Positions 22,374 through 33,526 of a stretch of 64,000 nucleotides of DNA are shown here, piece by piece (position 1 is the first letter of the stretch; each line of letters starts with the position of its first letter). Source of the DNA: Anthoceros angustus (Eukaryota; Plantae; Anthocerotophyta); assembly GCA_010909165.1 (NCBI GenBank), contig MU008175.1, positions 597,305-661,304 on the forward strand, read 5' to 3'. A program made the position numbers and the translations under genes. The notes under the pieces are model-generated. The model made no database searches and was not told where the DNA came from. It was given only the letters and a program-made list of their open reading frames with translations.

Positions 22374-24465
22374 ATGGCCCGCAGGCCAAGAAAGCGGCCG
22401 GTGACCCAGCGCGATGATTCCAGTGACGAGGAGGAGGCTGCGCTTGCGCATCTGCAGGCCCGGTATGTACCGCATCCGTCTCCGCCCGCTGTGAAGGACG
22501 AGGAGCGGGAACGGCCTGTGCGGGTCTACGCCGATGGCATCTACGATCTCTTCCATTTCGGGCACGCGCGCTCTCTGGAGCAAGCTAAGAAGCTGTGAGT
22601 TCTGAAGTTGTGGCTGGGGATGTGAGGGGAGGGATGGGGAGAGTGTGTTTTTTGTGTTATGGTGCGGGGAGTGGGAACGGCGGAATTTTTGTAGGATTTG
22701 TGGTTCTGCGTTTCTTGTTTTGTTGTGGAATGTGTTGGTTGTGGTTTGGTAACCAGAGCTCTGGATTTGCAGGTTTCCGAACACCTACTTGTTGGTGGGA
22801 TGTTGTAGTGATGCCCTCACAAATAAATATAAAGGCAAGACAGTGATGACCGAGGCGGAGCGCTACGAATCGCTGCGACATTGCAAGTGAGCTGCAGACT
22901 CCTTGGATCTCTCGTCTTTATGGAGTTCGGTGTTCGCTTCACTGTCATGGACCTGTTTTAGTACTTGTTATCAATTCAGTCAGGTGCTAGAAAGGGACTG
23001 TCGATGCTGTGCCTTTTTGTGGTCTGGGGAAGGCACAGGGTCCTTGGTCCTGCATTGTTGTGTGTGGGGGGCTTTTTGGCTCAGGTTTGTGGAATCAGTG
23101 GTGTTGGAGCCCTTCCCGTCGTTGTTCTCTGAGGTTGACGAACTGTCTTTGGCCCTTGGCAGATGGGTTGACGAAGTAGTGCCTGATGCTCCCTGGGTGA
23201 TCAATCAGGAATTTCTGGATAAACATCGAATCGATTATGTTGCACATGACGCCCTCCCGTATGTTTCGCAAGCCTCTGTCGTCTTATGCACCAGGAGCCT
23301 TGTTGTACTGCGTGGCTTTATTCAGTCGAGATTTGTCTGACAGAAAACGCTCTGTTGTATTGCAGGTATGCTGACACCAGTGGCGCCGGCAAGGATGTAT
23401 ATGAATTTGTGAGTATTTGTGATGCTTGAGATTTTTGGAGCTTTCGTTCAGCATGTTTTCAGTGCTTTGTGTCTGTCGCACGAACTAACTCTTCTTGCAG
23501 GTGAAAGCTGCAGGGAGGTTCAGAGAGACAAAGAGGACTGATGGTATCTCTACCTCAGATCTCATTATGAGGATTGTCAAGGACTACAATGAGTATGTCA
23601 TGCGCAACTTGGCTCGTGGATATACGAGAAAGGAGTTGGGAGTCAGCTATGTGAAGGTCAGCCGCCTGCATCTATACCTTTTGGCCGTCTTCTGGGCGTC
23701 TAGTAGCCTGTCCAATTGATGGTAACATCATGGCCTATACCTCAGATTTGGCCCTTTTTGATACATGGGTTTTCTTTGTCTCTCAGGAGAAGCAGTTGAG
23801 AGTGAACATGGGAATCACCAAGCTGCGACAAAAAGTGAAGGAGCAACAAGAACGGGTTGGCCGGAAGGTTTCCCTTTTCGTTCCCACTGCATATTGGTGT
23901 CGTCTAGGACATAGTTCTATATGCAAGGTTTGCACGTAGACAGAACTCGTTGAACATCACTACTTCGGCGTGTTTGCTGGCTTACTTACGGCTTTGGTCT
24001 GAAAATGCCTTGATGTAAACCGTTTTTCGTTTCTGTCGTGGGTGCAGCTCAAGACTGTGGCTAAAACGGCAGGTGAGCACCATGGGGAGTGGGTAGAAAA
24101 CGCAGATCGCTGGGTCATTGGCTTTTTGGAGAAGTTTGAGCAAGGCTTTCATCTAATGGTAAATCACCTCATGAAGCGTGTTGCTGTGCTTGCTCAGAGG
24201 TGCGTTTGAAGAAGCGTGTGGTTTGTGGAGCAGCATCTGATGGGGGTCATCAGGGAGACATTGGTGGAAGCTGATGGCTATTTTTGCTTGCTTGTACCGC
24301 GTGCAGGAAAATGCAATCAAGACTCAAATTCAGAAGGGCTTGATGAGGCCTGAAACAAAGAACAGGGGTAGCTCCAGAAACAAGCTTCTTCCAAACTCAG
24401 GACATGTGAAAGGAAGCGAGAGCTCCTTGCACGGCTCCAAACGAGGTGTCATGGCAGCTCTCTAA
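22374..24465 (+). CDS. CCT: CTP:phosphocholine cytidylyltransferase (8 exons: 22374-22594, 22773-22886, 23163-23258, 23366-23408, 23501-23656, 23787-23867, 24048-24158, 24307-24465)
   Basis: [26 protein letters not shown] (HxGH), [37 protein letters not shown]; all junctions are GT-AG and frame-consistent. Confidence 0.95.
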
Positions 24466-25288
24466 CTCCTTGAATGACCTTGTTTCAGGAGGTGAGACAC
24501 CTTGCATAACGTCCCTGAGTTAGTTGCCACTGAGATGTCACTGTTAAGGTGTATGCGTATGCCATTTTTTCCTCCTTGATTCAATAAAGACCCCGTAACC
24601 TGTCCAAGATACGTTTACTTGCTACCAGCTCCCAATGCAGATTAGGCTTGAGAATGTGGAGAGGCTTTAGTTTAGACTTAGGGTTGCTCGTCGGGGGGCT
24701 TGTCCATTCCACTCCGAAGGGCCAGGCCTCCCCATGGAATTTACCCTCTCTCGCCTTAGCCTACTACGAATGTTTGTGAACGCGTACCTCGTCACTTTTC
24801 GTAGGCAATGGTAATTCCGGATGATAACACGCTCCGAATCATGATTCGCTGTAGATGACTCGGCTTCTCGAAGCTTTTGGTACTACGTGGAACCATGGAG
24901 GAAAACCCAAGATACAACAACACCGGTCGAGCTCGGCTTCCACCAGAGTCGAATCCTCGGGACTCATGAGGACACGGGATTCTCTGCCCTCTTTCGGTCT
25001 AGACCGTAAAGAACTTTCAGTTTCGTGAGGTGGTTGTCTGGGTGTAGAGAGGTGATTCGGGCAACGTAGCTTGGAGGTTGGATGGGTAGAACAACAGGCT
25101 GACACTAGTGTAGTGGCTCGCTCACTGCAGGCTGGATCCACTTGTATCTATGCCGAGCCTGGGTTGCGCCGTTAGCTTAGCAGGATATGGATCCAAGGTG
25201 ACCGCACAGGCAGCAAGTGGAGTGGAGTAGGATGACCCTCCATAGACCGAAAACCTGGAAACCTCACACAGGAACTGACAAGACTTTA

Positions 25289-28200
25289 CACATCAATTTG
25301 CAAGCTTAGGAGAAACATGCTTGTCAGGTAAAAACTCTGGCAGACCCAAGGAGGGAAATCAGTAGAGAAACCTCTGGAGCCGTTCTGCATTAAGTCCTCG
25401 TACAACCAAGACCTGGATGTCCCATCAGACCCTGCGAATCCCCGCGATCTCAACACTGTATGCCCCGAGAGACAGGTACAACGTCTCTCTCGAGGTGTAC
25501 CACACCGGCTACTTGCTGTCCTATGGGATAGTTATATGTTGTTCTTATTTTTACCAAGTTGCAAATGATTGCTGGTGGTGTTTTGGTGCCACTTTAGCAA
25601 ATATTGAACCGGTTGACTTATATATGACACGGAACCATACTTTTACGATCTCAAAATGAAACTTGAAATGAGCCGAAAACATATAAGGGTATTGTTGGTG
25701 CAAAGAGACACATGGGCTTGATGCATGGGAGGCTGAGATGAGGGCTACATCTGCTGCCCCTTCCTCCTCACATCTGGCTGCTCCCTGGAGCCTCCGCCCG
25801 AGTCTTGGCAGTGGTTGCGGGCGCAGTCTGATCATCTTTTGGCTCTTTATGACACGCGTCTCTTGGGACCCTGCCTTTTTCGGTGTCTCCCCATCGACTA
25901 CAAGACGATGTCCGCTTGGCCTACAGGCTTCCCTTGGAGGGCCTCGAGCAAATCTCCCGAAATGACGCAGCCTGGACTTTGCTCCTTTTTCTTCCACGGT
26001 GATAACTTCGTCCTCCAGAGGTGGGAATTCAGGTCACAGGGAGGTTGCCTCCTAGCTCCGCCGTTTCCGGGCCGGGGACTGGCAGACTCTTCAAGAAGAG
26101 AGTGGCTGTGCTGCTCGATCGAGGTTAGAGTTGGCTAAGCTTGATCAGGTTCGTCAAGACCCCGTGAAGGCGCGTCTCAAAAGGTGCCTCCTGGCAGTGC
26201 AGTATCTTTGGGGTTGTCCAAGCCCTTGGCAGTGGCTCAAACATCCGAGGAGACTATTGCTGCTCTACGGGCCCTTCACCCGGCTCCAGATGTCCCATCT
26301 CACTGGATATCTTGGAGTTTCTTTCTAGAACTGTCTATGATCACCTCCGTGACTACTTCTCTCTTGAGGATCTTACTAGTGGTTTTTCGGAGCTCTTTAT
26401 CCTGGCAGCGATTGTGGCGCGCAGTGAGACCCCCATCGGATTTCACATGTGTTTGGGACTAGCAGGCTTTTGGCTATAGAGAAGCCCACATCGGGGGTGC
26501 GCCCTATCGCCGTGGGAGAGGCATTCCTACGTCTTATTAGCCGCAGCATTGCCCTCCAGCTCAGGGACTAATTCCGGGCTCATCTTAGCCTCCATCAATT
26601 TGGCATCGCCACCCCGAGGGCTGCGAGACGGTGAGTTTTTGAGTCGAGGCGGTTCTCCGGCTATCCGGATTGACTTGCCCTTTTAGGTCGATGTTGAGAG
26701 CAGCTTTCAACATTGTATCCATAGCCATCTTTTAAGAGCTTAAAGACACGGCCGAGCAACCGGCAAGTCTTATTCCTTTGTTATTTGTTTCTATGGTTCC
26801 CCCTATATTATCAACGGCCCCTCGATGGAAGGGTCTCCGTGTGACTCCTGTGAGGAACCAAGCAAGGGGATCCCTTGGGGAGCTCTCTTTGCTATGCACG
26901 TTTGAGCCACATCAATTTGCAAGCTTAGGAGAAACATGCTTGTCAGGTAAAAACTCTGGCAGACCCAAGGAGGAAATCAGTAGAGAAACCTCTGGAGCCG
27001 TTCTGCATTAAGTCCTCGTACAACCAAGACCTGGATGTCCCATCAGACCCTGCAGAATCCCGCGATCTCAACACTGTATGCCCCGAGAGACAGGTACAAC
27101 GTCTCTCTCGAGGTGTACCACACCGGCTACTTGCTGTCCTATGGGATAGTTATATGTTGTTCTTATTTTACCAAGTTGCAAATGATTGCTGGTGGTGTTT
27201 TGGTGCCACTTTAGCAAATATTGAACCGGTTGACTTATATATGACACGGAACCATACTTTTACGATCTCAAAATGAAACTTGAAATGAGCCGAAAACATA
27301 TAAGGGTATTGTTGGTGCAAAGAGACACATGGGCTTGATGCATGGGAGGCTGAGATGAGGGCTACATCTGCTGCCCCTTCCTCCTCACATCAGCTGCTCC
27401 ACAGGAGCCTCCTTGAGTCTTGGCAGTGGTTGCGGGCGCAGTCTGATCATCTTTTGGCTCTTTATGACCGCAGCGTCTCTTGGGACCACGCTTTCGGTGT
27501 CTCCCCATCGACTACAAGGCGATGTCGCAGCCTCTGAGGCTTCCCTTGGAGGCCTCGCAAATCTCGAAATGGCCTGGACTTTGCTCCTTTTTCTTCCACG
27601 GTGATAACCCGTCCTCAGGTGGGAATTCAGTCACGGGAGGTTGCCTCCTAGCTCCATGGTTTACGGGGGCAGACTCTTCAAGAAGAGAGTGGCTGTGCTG
27701 CTCGATCGAGGTTAGAGTTGGCTAAGCTTGATCAGGTTCGTCAAGACCCCGTGAAGGCGCGTCTCAAAAGGTGCCTCGCTGGTCGCCTTGTAGTATCTTG
27801 TCCGAGCCCTTCCGCCGGAGCCGGTGGCTCCAAACATCCGAGGAGACTATTGCTGCTCTACGGGCCCTTCACCCGGCTCCAGATGTCCCATCTCCTTTGG
27901 ATATCTTGGAGTTTCTTTCTAGAAGCCTATGATCACCTCGTGACTACTTCTCTCTTGAGGATCTTACTAGTGGTTTTTCGGAGCTCTTTATCCTGGCAGC
28001 GATTGTGGCGCGCAGTGAGACCCCCATCGGATTTCACATGTGTTTGGGACTAGCAGGCTTTTGGCTATAGAGAAGCCCACATCGAGTCGCCCTATCGCCG
28101 TGGGAGAGGCATTCCTCGTCTTATTAGCGCATTGCCCTCCAGCTCAGGGACTAATTCCGGGCTCATCTTAGCCTCCATCAATTTGGCATCGCCACCCCGA

Positions 28201-28508
28201 GGGCTGCGAGACGGTGAGTTTTTGAGTCGAGGCGGTTCTCCAGCTACATCCGGATTGACTTGCCCTTTTAGGTCGATGTTGAGAACGCTTTCAACATTGT
28301 ATCCATAGCAGCCATCTTTTAAGAGCTTAAAGACACGGCCGAGCAACTGGCAAGTCTTATTCCTTTTGTTCGCTGTTTCTATGGTTCCCCGGCCTATATT
28401 ATCAGCACGGCCCCTCAGTGGAGAGGGTCTCCGTGCTTGACTCCGCAACAGGAACCAAGCAAGGGGATCCCTTGGGGGAGCTCTCTTTGCTATGGCACGT
28501 TTCAGAGC
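25289..28508. repeat. ~1.6-kb tandem duplication (25289-26907 / 26908-28508)
   Basis: Both copies start cacatcaatttgcaagc; they differ mainly by scattered small indels. Confidence 0.9.
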
Positions 28509-29401
28509 CCTGTCAATAACTGCCTCCCGTTGTGGGAGTGCCTCTTTCTGTCGGTGGCTGACGACACCCATATCCTTGCGCCGGTGGATAAAGTCAAAGA
28601 TGCTTTCGACCTCTTCTCCTTGGAGCTCTCCCACCTTGGCTTGAAGTTCAAAATCTTGAAGTGCAAGGTATGGTCCTCATTCGATATTACGCCCCCTCTT
28701 CATTATTCCGAGGGTGATATTGATTCTCCACAGGGGCCGCGGGTCCTTGGAGTCCCGGTCGGGCCCCTAGGCTTTATACGGGAATTTGTGGATGTTGCTT
28801 TGAAAGATGATAACATGGTAATTTTTGAAGGGGGTGAATAATCTCGAAGGGGGTTTTCCGCAAATAATCTCCGAAGGGGGTTTTTGATGGGCCTTAAAAC
28901 AGCGTTTTGAAGGCATTCGCAAATTCAAAAAGGGTGTTACCCAGTAAAGTTACTACTTTCCATTCAGCAATGTTTGTGTCGAATGGTGGTCGCAAACTTC
29001 GAACCTAGGGGAATAATGCAAAGTAAGGCGGTGAGGAAGGCCGTTCCTGCCGGGAAGGGACGACTGTAAACTCAGTTTTGGGAGGAAAATGTGGTTTTGT
29101 TATGATACCACAAAAGCCACGGACAGGGTATTTCCCTACCACAGTAACATCACCAACCAGACTTACAACATTAACTCGGGACCGGGAAAATTAGATTTCA
29201 CTCATCCCAGTTCAATCCTTCATCATCACTTGGTCCACTTCTCCATTGTCATCACTATCGTCGGCACTTTGACTGCAAGTTGTATGAAGCCACGCAACTC
29301 CTGAGCTTATCCCTTATCGCTTTTGTCCACCGCATCAGATGTTTTGGAGGAGTACCCTCTACACTCGACCGACCACATGCTGGCTCGATTTCAGCCGGCA
29401 T

Positions 29402-29510
29402 TTGCTTCTAAGGTTAGCCTTCATTCCAAGGTTGCTTCTAAGGTTAGCCTTCATTCCAAGGTTGCTTCTAAGGTTAGCCTTCATTCCAAGGTTGCTTCTA
29501 AGGTTAGCCT
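29402..29510. repeat. 30-bp minisatellite x3.6 (ttgcttctaaggttagccttcattccaagg)
   Basis: Directly visible. Confidence 0.92.
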
Positions 29511-29569
29511 ACTGAATTTTCGATGGATGTGCCATGTATAGGGGGTGCGTGGAAGGGAAGGCCACAATG

Positions 29570-30112
29570 GGCACGCGGAGGGAGGCGGCCGGCCGGCGCC
29601 CTCCTCCGCGCCACCCGTCGGGCATACGGCTAGTGGTGCGGGGAGGCGCCGGCCGGCGCCCTCCCTCCGCGCCACCCGTCGGTTTACGGTGGTGCGGAGG
29701 GATGGCACCGCCGCGGCGCCCTCCACGCGCCACCCGTCGGTGGGCCTCCAGGCTCCACGCGCCACCCATCGGTGGGCCTACGGGTGGTGCGCGGAGGCGG
29801 CCGGCCGGCGGCGCCCTCGCTAGGTGCGTACCACCCGTTTGCCCACCCTAGGTGGTTGGCGTGGAGGGCGCCGGCCGGCGCCCTCCACGCGCCACCCGTC
29901 GCGCCCTCCTCCACGCGCCACCCGTCGCGCCCTCCTCCGCGCCACCGTCGGTGGGCCTACGGGTGGTGCGCGGAGGCGGCGCCCTCCTCCGCGCCACCCG
30001 TCGGTGGGCCTACGGGTGGTGCGGGGAGGCGCCGGCCGGCGCCCTCCTCCGCGCCACCGCGCCGGCCGGCCGGCGCCCTCCTCCGCGCCACCCGTCGCGC
30101 CCTCCTCCTCAG
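29570..30112. repeat. Very GC-rich array of direct and inverted short repeats
   Basis: Recurring gcgccctcctccgcgccacccgtcg and ggcgccggccggcgcc units. Confidence 0.88.
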
Positions 30113-30200
30113 GCATCTTTAAGAAAATGAATATTTAGCGGCTCAAGAGATTTGTAACTTGGGACCGTTGGTCAAGTGTTTGGGACTAATGAATTGGTTA

Positions 30201-30300
30201 TGTGTTCAAAACTTATATCCTCTTAATAAATCAACTTTGTTGATTTTAGTTCTGTGTTCAAAACTTATATCCTCTTAATAAATCAACTTTGTTGATTTTA
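30201..30300. repeat. 52-bp-period tandem duplication
   Basis: tgtgttcaaaacttatatcctcttaataaatcaactttgttgatttta x2. Confidence 0.9.
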
Positions 30301-31414
30301 AGGATGCTTGCATGGGCGCATGGGCAACTAACTTTGTTCATTCTAAGGACGCTGGCATTGCCTTAAAGCCCAAGTGGTTGCATTGAGTGCCAGAAGGTTG
30401 AAGACCACGACTGGCGACCTTTTGGATGAGGGTCAGCAGACCCTAGATGCTGTGTGGCAGTCGACACCGTCGGACGCCTTAAGGTCGACTAGGGACCTCT
30501 TACCCCCTCTAGCTAGGGAGGCCATGCCTTCTTTTTCCTCGTTTCTCGCAGACGGGCTTAAAGGGTTGCAGGTTTCTCTCCAGGAGAAGCATTATGGGCA
30601 GGTGCTCCAGGGTCTTCTTCTGGATTCATCTATTGCTCATCCCGTTGAAGCTCGCCTTCGCTCTAGCTCAGGGAAGGGTGTAGGTTCCTGGCTTCTGGCC
30701 CGCTCTTGCATCTAGACATTCCGAATTGCACCAGCTTCTTTTTCTACCGCGATGAGGTTTCGCTTGGGTCTAGTCCAACCACTAGCCTGTTCTCTTCCGG
30801 CTTGCTGCTGTAGGGCCTCCATCGACGACCCTGCAGCCCACTTAGCGCGTTGTCCAATGGGTGGACAGCGTAGTGCTATGCACGACTCCGTCCAAGATGT
30901 CATGTTCTCGATGGCCAAGGAGAGCGGTTTCTTTCCTTTCAAGGAGCGACAGTATACTCTACTCAATTGCGTCTCTATCAGAGCTGACCTTTCCTTGACG
31001 CGGGGAGACGAGGTCTCGGTTGCGGACGTGGTTGTCACTGACCCAACCAGAGATTCTGTTAGCGACCATGTCATCATCAACCCTCCAAGTTGGGCGGCAG
31101 AAGGGAGTGCAACTAAGAAAATTTACAAGTACATGTACCCATACAACAAGGTCACATTTTCATCCCCCTTGCCATTGAAACCCATGGGCCTTGGGTAAGG
31201 TTTTTTCTCGTTTCATCAAGGAGTGCGCAAGGGCCTACCACAACGACAGGGGCGGGGTTGGCCTCCCCCTTTCCAGTGTCATGGCAAGGCAACGGGTTTC
31301 CATTCTTGTTTGCAAAGGCGTTGGCCGCCATCTTGAGATCACGAGTCTTTGGAGGCCAGCATCGGCGCCACCAGTGCTAAGTAGGCTCTTCCCTATCTCG
31401 GACGACAACATCTT

Positions 31415-31571
31415 GGGGGCGGTAGGGGGTTACAGGATAGATTAGTTTACAGGATAGATTAGTGCGTGGGGGCGGTAGGGGGTTACAGGATAGATTAGTT
31501 TACAGGATAGATTAGTGCGTGGGGGCGGTAGGGGGTTACAGGATAGATTAGTTTACAGGATAGATTAGTGC
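31415..31571 (+). repeat. 53-bp tandem repeat x3 in the LINE 3' region
   Basis: gggggcggtagggggttacaggatagattagtttacaggatagattagtgcgt. Confidence 0.92.
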
Positions 31572-31660
31572 GGGGGCACGCCCTCCCTGGCATGGTGCCC
31601 CATCGTGGGTTGTCCCCTTTCGCCTCGGGGTAGATGGGATTTCCCATCTCGTTCTTCTTA
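31572..31660 (+). mobile_element. Short retroposon copy B, at the 3' end of the CRE element
   Basis: ccctggcatggtgcccc..gggttgtccccttt..ggggtagatgggatttcccatctc. Confidence 0.65.
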
Positions 31661-31929
31661 AGAAGTCTCCTCATTTCTCCAAACTTGAAATGGGACTTGC
31701 CATGCCGTTTGACTACATAAACTTGGTGTCCCGAAACACGAGCCTGGCCTGAAGGTGTTACATACCTTGGGGCTGAAGGTGATGCAAACAAAGTTATTTC
31801 ACATTGATCTGAACTATGCTTGCTCGCCCGGCGCATGGATGGTGGATGGTGCTGGGCATCATACTTATTGTTGTAAGCTGTAACTATTGTGAGCCTGAGA
31901 CCCAGCCTCCTGTGGGTTGGGAATCGTGT

Positions 31930-32120
31930 GAGAAGCCCTGTGAGTTCGGAATCGTGCGAGAAGCCCTTTGGCCGCTTTACAGTTAGAAGCCCCTGTTGGC
32001 CACTTTACTGTTACAAGCCTCTGTGAGCTTTTTCTGTTAGAAGCCCCTGTGGGCTTTTGCCGTTAGAAGCCCCCGTGGGCTTTTGCCGTTAGAAGCCCCC
32101 GTGGGCTTTTGATGTTAGAA
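31930..32120. repeat. ~26-bp degenerate minisatellite (ttagaagcccccgtgggcttttgccg)
   Basis: About seven degenerate agaagccc units. Confidence 0.8.
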
Positions 32121-32480
32121 GAGATAACGCCCCTTCCCAAATATCGTACCTCGCAGGTCCCTTCCAAAATGTCGTACCTCGCAGCGCCCTGGCCCCTTCC
32201 TGCTATAAAATGTGTGTAACATATTCATCACGCCGCACCATTAATGGTCCCCCAGAAAGACGCCAGGATTTTCCAGCCTGGCACCTAAATGGCTGACCTC
32301 TTCTACGGCGTACGAAAGAATCCAGATACTGTACCTCTGTTGGTCCGTTCGATTCGTCAGCAGAACCAAAAAATCTTGCAACCCAAAAATCTTGCTGGGA
32401 GCTAACCCAACGTTCCAGCAGGCACCAGGGTATTGATGTGAATGCCAAAACGTATGCAAATCAGGCTTGTTCAGGGTCTT

Positions 32481-32630
32481 GTGAGCTGCAGCTTGCAGCG
32501 TTCTTGCACAATCAGAAACCCACCGGGAGGCTCTATCAAGGAGGCAATTCGCGTGAAGCTTGTATGCAGACTGGTGAGCTGCACCTTGCAGCGTTCTTGC
32601 ACAATCTGAAACCCACCGGGAGGCTCCACC
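32481..32630. repeat. Imperfect direct repeat (gtgagctgca.cttgcagcgttcttgcacaatc.gaaacccaccgggaggctc x2)
   Basis: Directly visible. Confidence 0.8.
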
Positions 32631-33001
32631 AAGAAGACAATTCACCACACAGATTCGACTGAAACTGCAAACTTGTGTGGACGGTGAGCACTGCTCTGGA
32701 GCGGAAGGTGAGGATATCTCCGCTCCAGATGGTGCTCCGACCTAGCAGCGGTTTTCTTCAAGACTACCAAGACATCACCAGGTAACAAAACAAATTGTCA
32801 CAGGCGCACAAACTGATGGAAATCTGTTAATTGCCCTGAATAGAGCCGCAAAGGGAGAGAGATGAACGTTCGAGTACAGAGGTGTAAATACAGAAAAACA
32901 CGCCAAAATTCATAAGCTGAACAGAGGTGAAGGAGTACGTAAGGAGGCACACAATCTTAGCTATAGTACACTAATATGTATGTAAAGGCCGCATCTCCAG
33001 C

Positions 33002-33526
33002 TCAGTCCAGTCCTCCAGTCAAGGAGGGATGCAGCGGACTCTTAGGAGGTAGCTTACTGATGCGATTTCCAGACGCGTCATAGAGGATCAACCCGGAAAA
33101 CGCCAGCGGCTCACACTTTTCTCCAAGCAAGATGTTCTTCTGCCAGAGGGAAGGGTGAGACAAATCCTCCTCGGAGTAGTCGTTGTAGTCATCCTCCTGC
33201 TCGGCCAAATAGCTCATCTCCGGGGCAACCCCGCCCGCGTACGGGTCACAGCCTTCTTTCTTCCCCGACCCGCGCTCAGAGCCGCGTCCGCTCCTTCCCA
33301 CCCTCGAAAATCCGAAAAGGCGTTTGGCAAAAGACCGTCCCCCGGAACCAGCAGACGCGCTCGCGCTGCTGCTACTGCTGAAGGAGCTGGTGGAGCGGTG
33401 ATCGCAGGAAGAAGGACTCCAAGGCACATCCGAAAGCTCCCCGGACGAGGAGTGGAACACATTGTTCCTATCCACACTCGGGGCCACACACTGCTGCATC
33501 CACTTTGACACGCTGAACCACCTCAT
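33002..33526 (-). CDS. Conserved plant uncharacterised protein, 174 aa
   Basis: Ser-rich N-terminal half, an acidic patch, then LWQKNILLGEKCEPLAFSGLILYDASGNR, a C-terminal motif I recognise from an uncharacterised land-plant family. First ATG at 33526. Confidence 0.8.
   Translation of the reverse strand: MRWFSVSKWMQQCVAPSVDRNNVFHSSSGELSDVPWSPSSCDHRSTSSFSSSSSASASAGSGGRSFAKRLFGFSRVGRSGRGSERGSGKKEGCDPYAGGVAPEMSYLAEQEDDYNDYSEEDLSHPSLWQKNILLGEKCEPLAFSGLILYDASGNRISKLPPKSPLHPSLTGGLD

Larger units (their letters stand above)
28813..30345. mobile_element. Non-coding insertion in the LINE (possible one-ended hAT-like element) carrying repeat arrays
   Basis: LINE homology stops after FVDVALKDD; left end catggtaattttt has repeated gaaggggg subterminal motifs; no matching right TIR; boundaries approximate. 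Confidence 0.4.
25740..31660 (+). mobile_element. CRE-clade (RLE-type) non-LTR retrotransposon, degenerate, partly duplicated and interrupted
   Basis: RT fragments RLLAIEKPTSGVRPIAVGE, HQFGI, VDVENAFN, QGDPLG, ADD and VLGVPVG. C-terminal AMRFRLGL, C-x-C...HLARC, MHDSVQD, RADL...ADVVVTDP and TKKIYKY form a CCHC knuckle plus restriction-like endonuclease. Confidence 0.82.

Noticed and set aside
18051-24465. Lipid phosphatase and CCT as a lipid-metabolism gene cluster
   Set aside because: Different pathways, separated by an unrelated gene; proximity is expected by chance in a gene-dense genome.
29323-30138. ORFs with SKVSLHSKVA or Arg/Pro/Gly/Ala repeats
   Set aside because: Translations of a 30-bp minisatellite and a stop-poor GC-rich array that is open in many frames.
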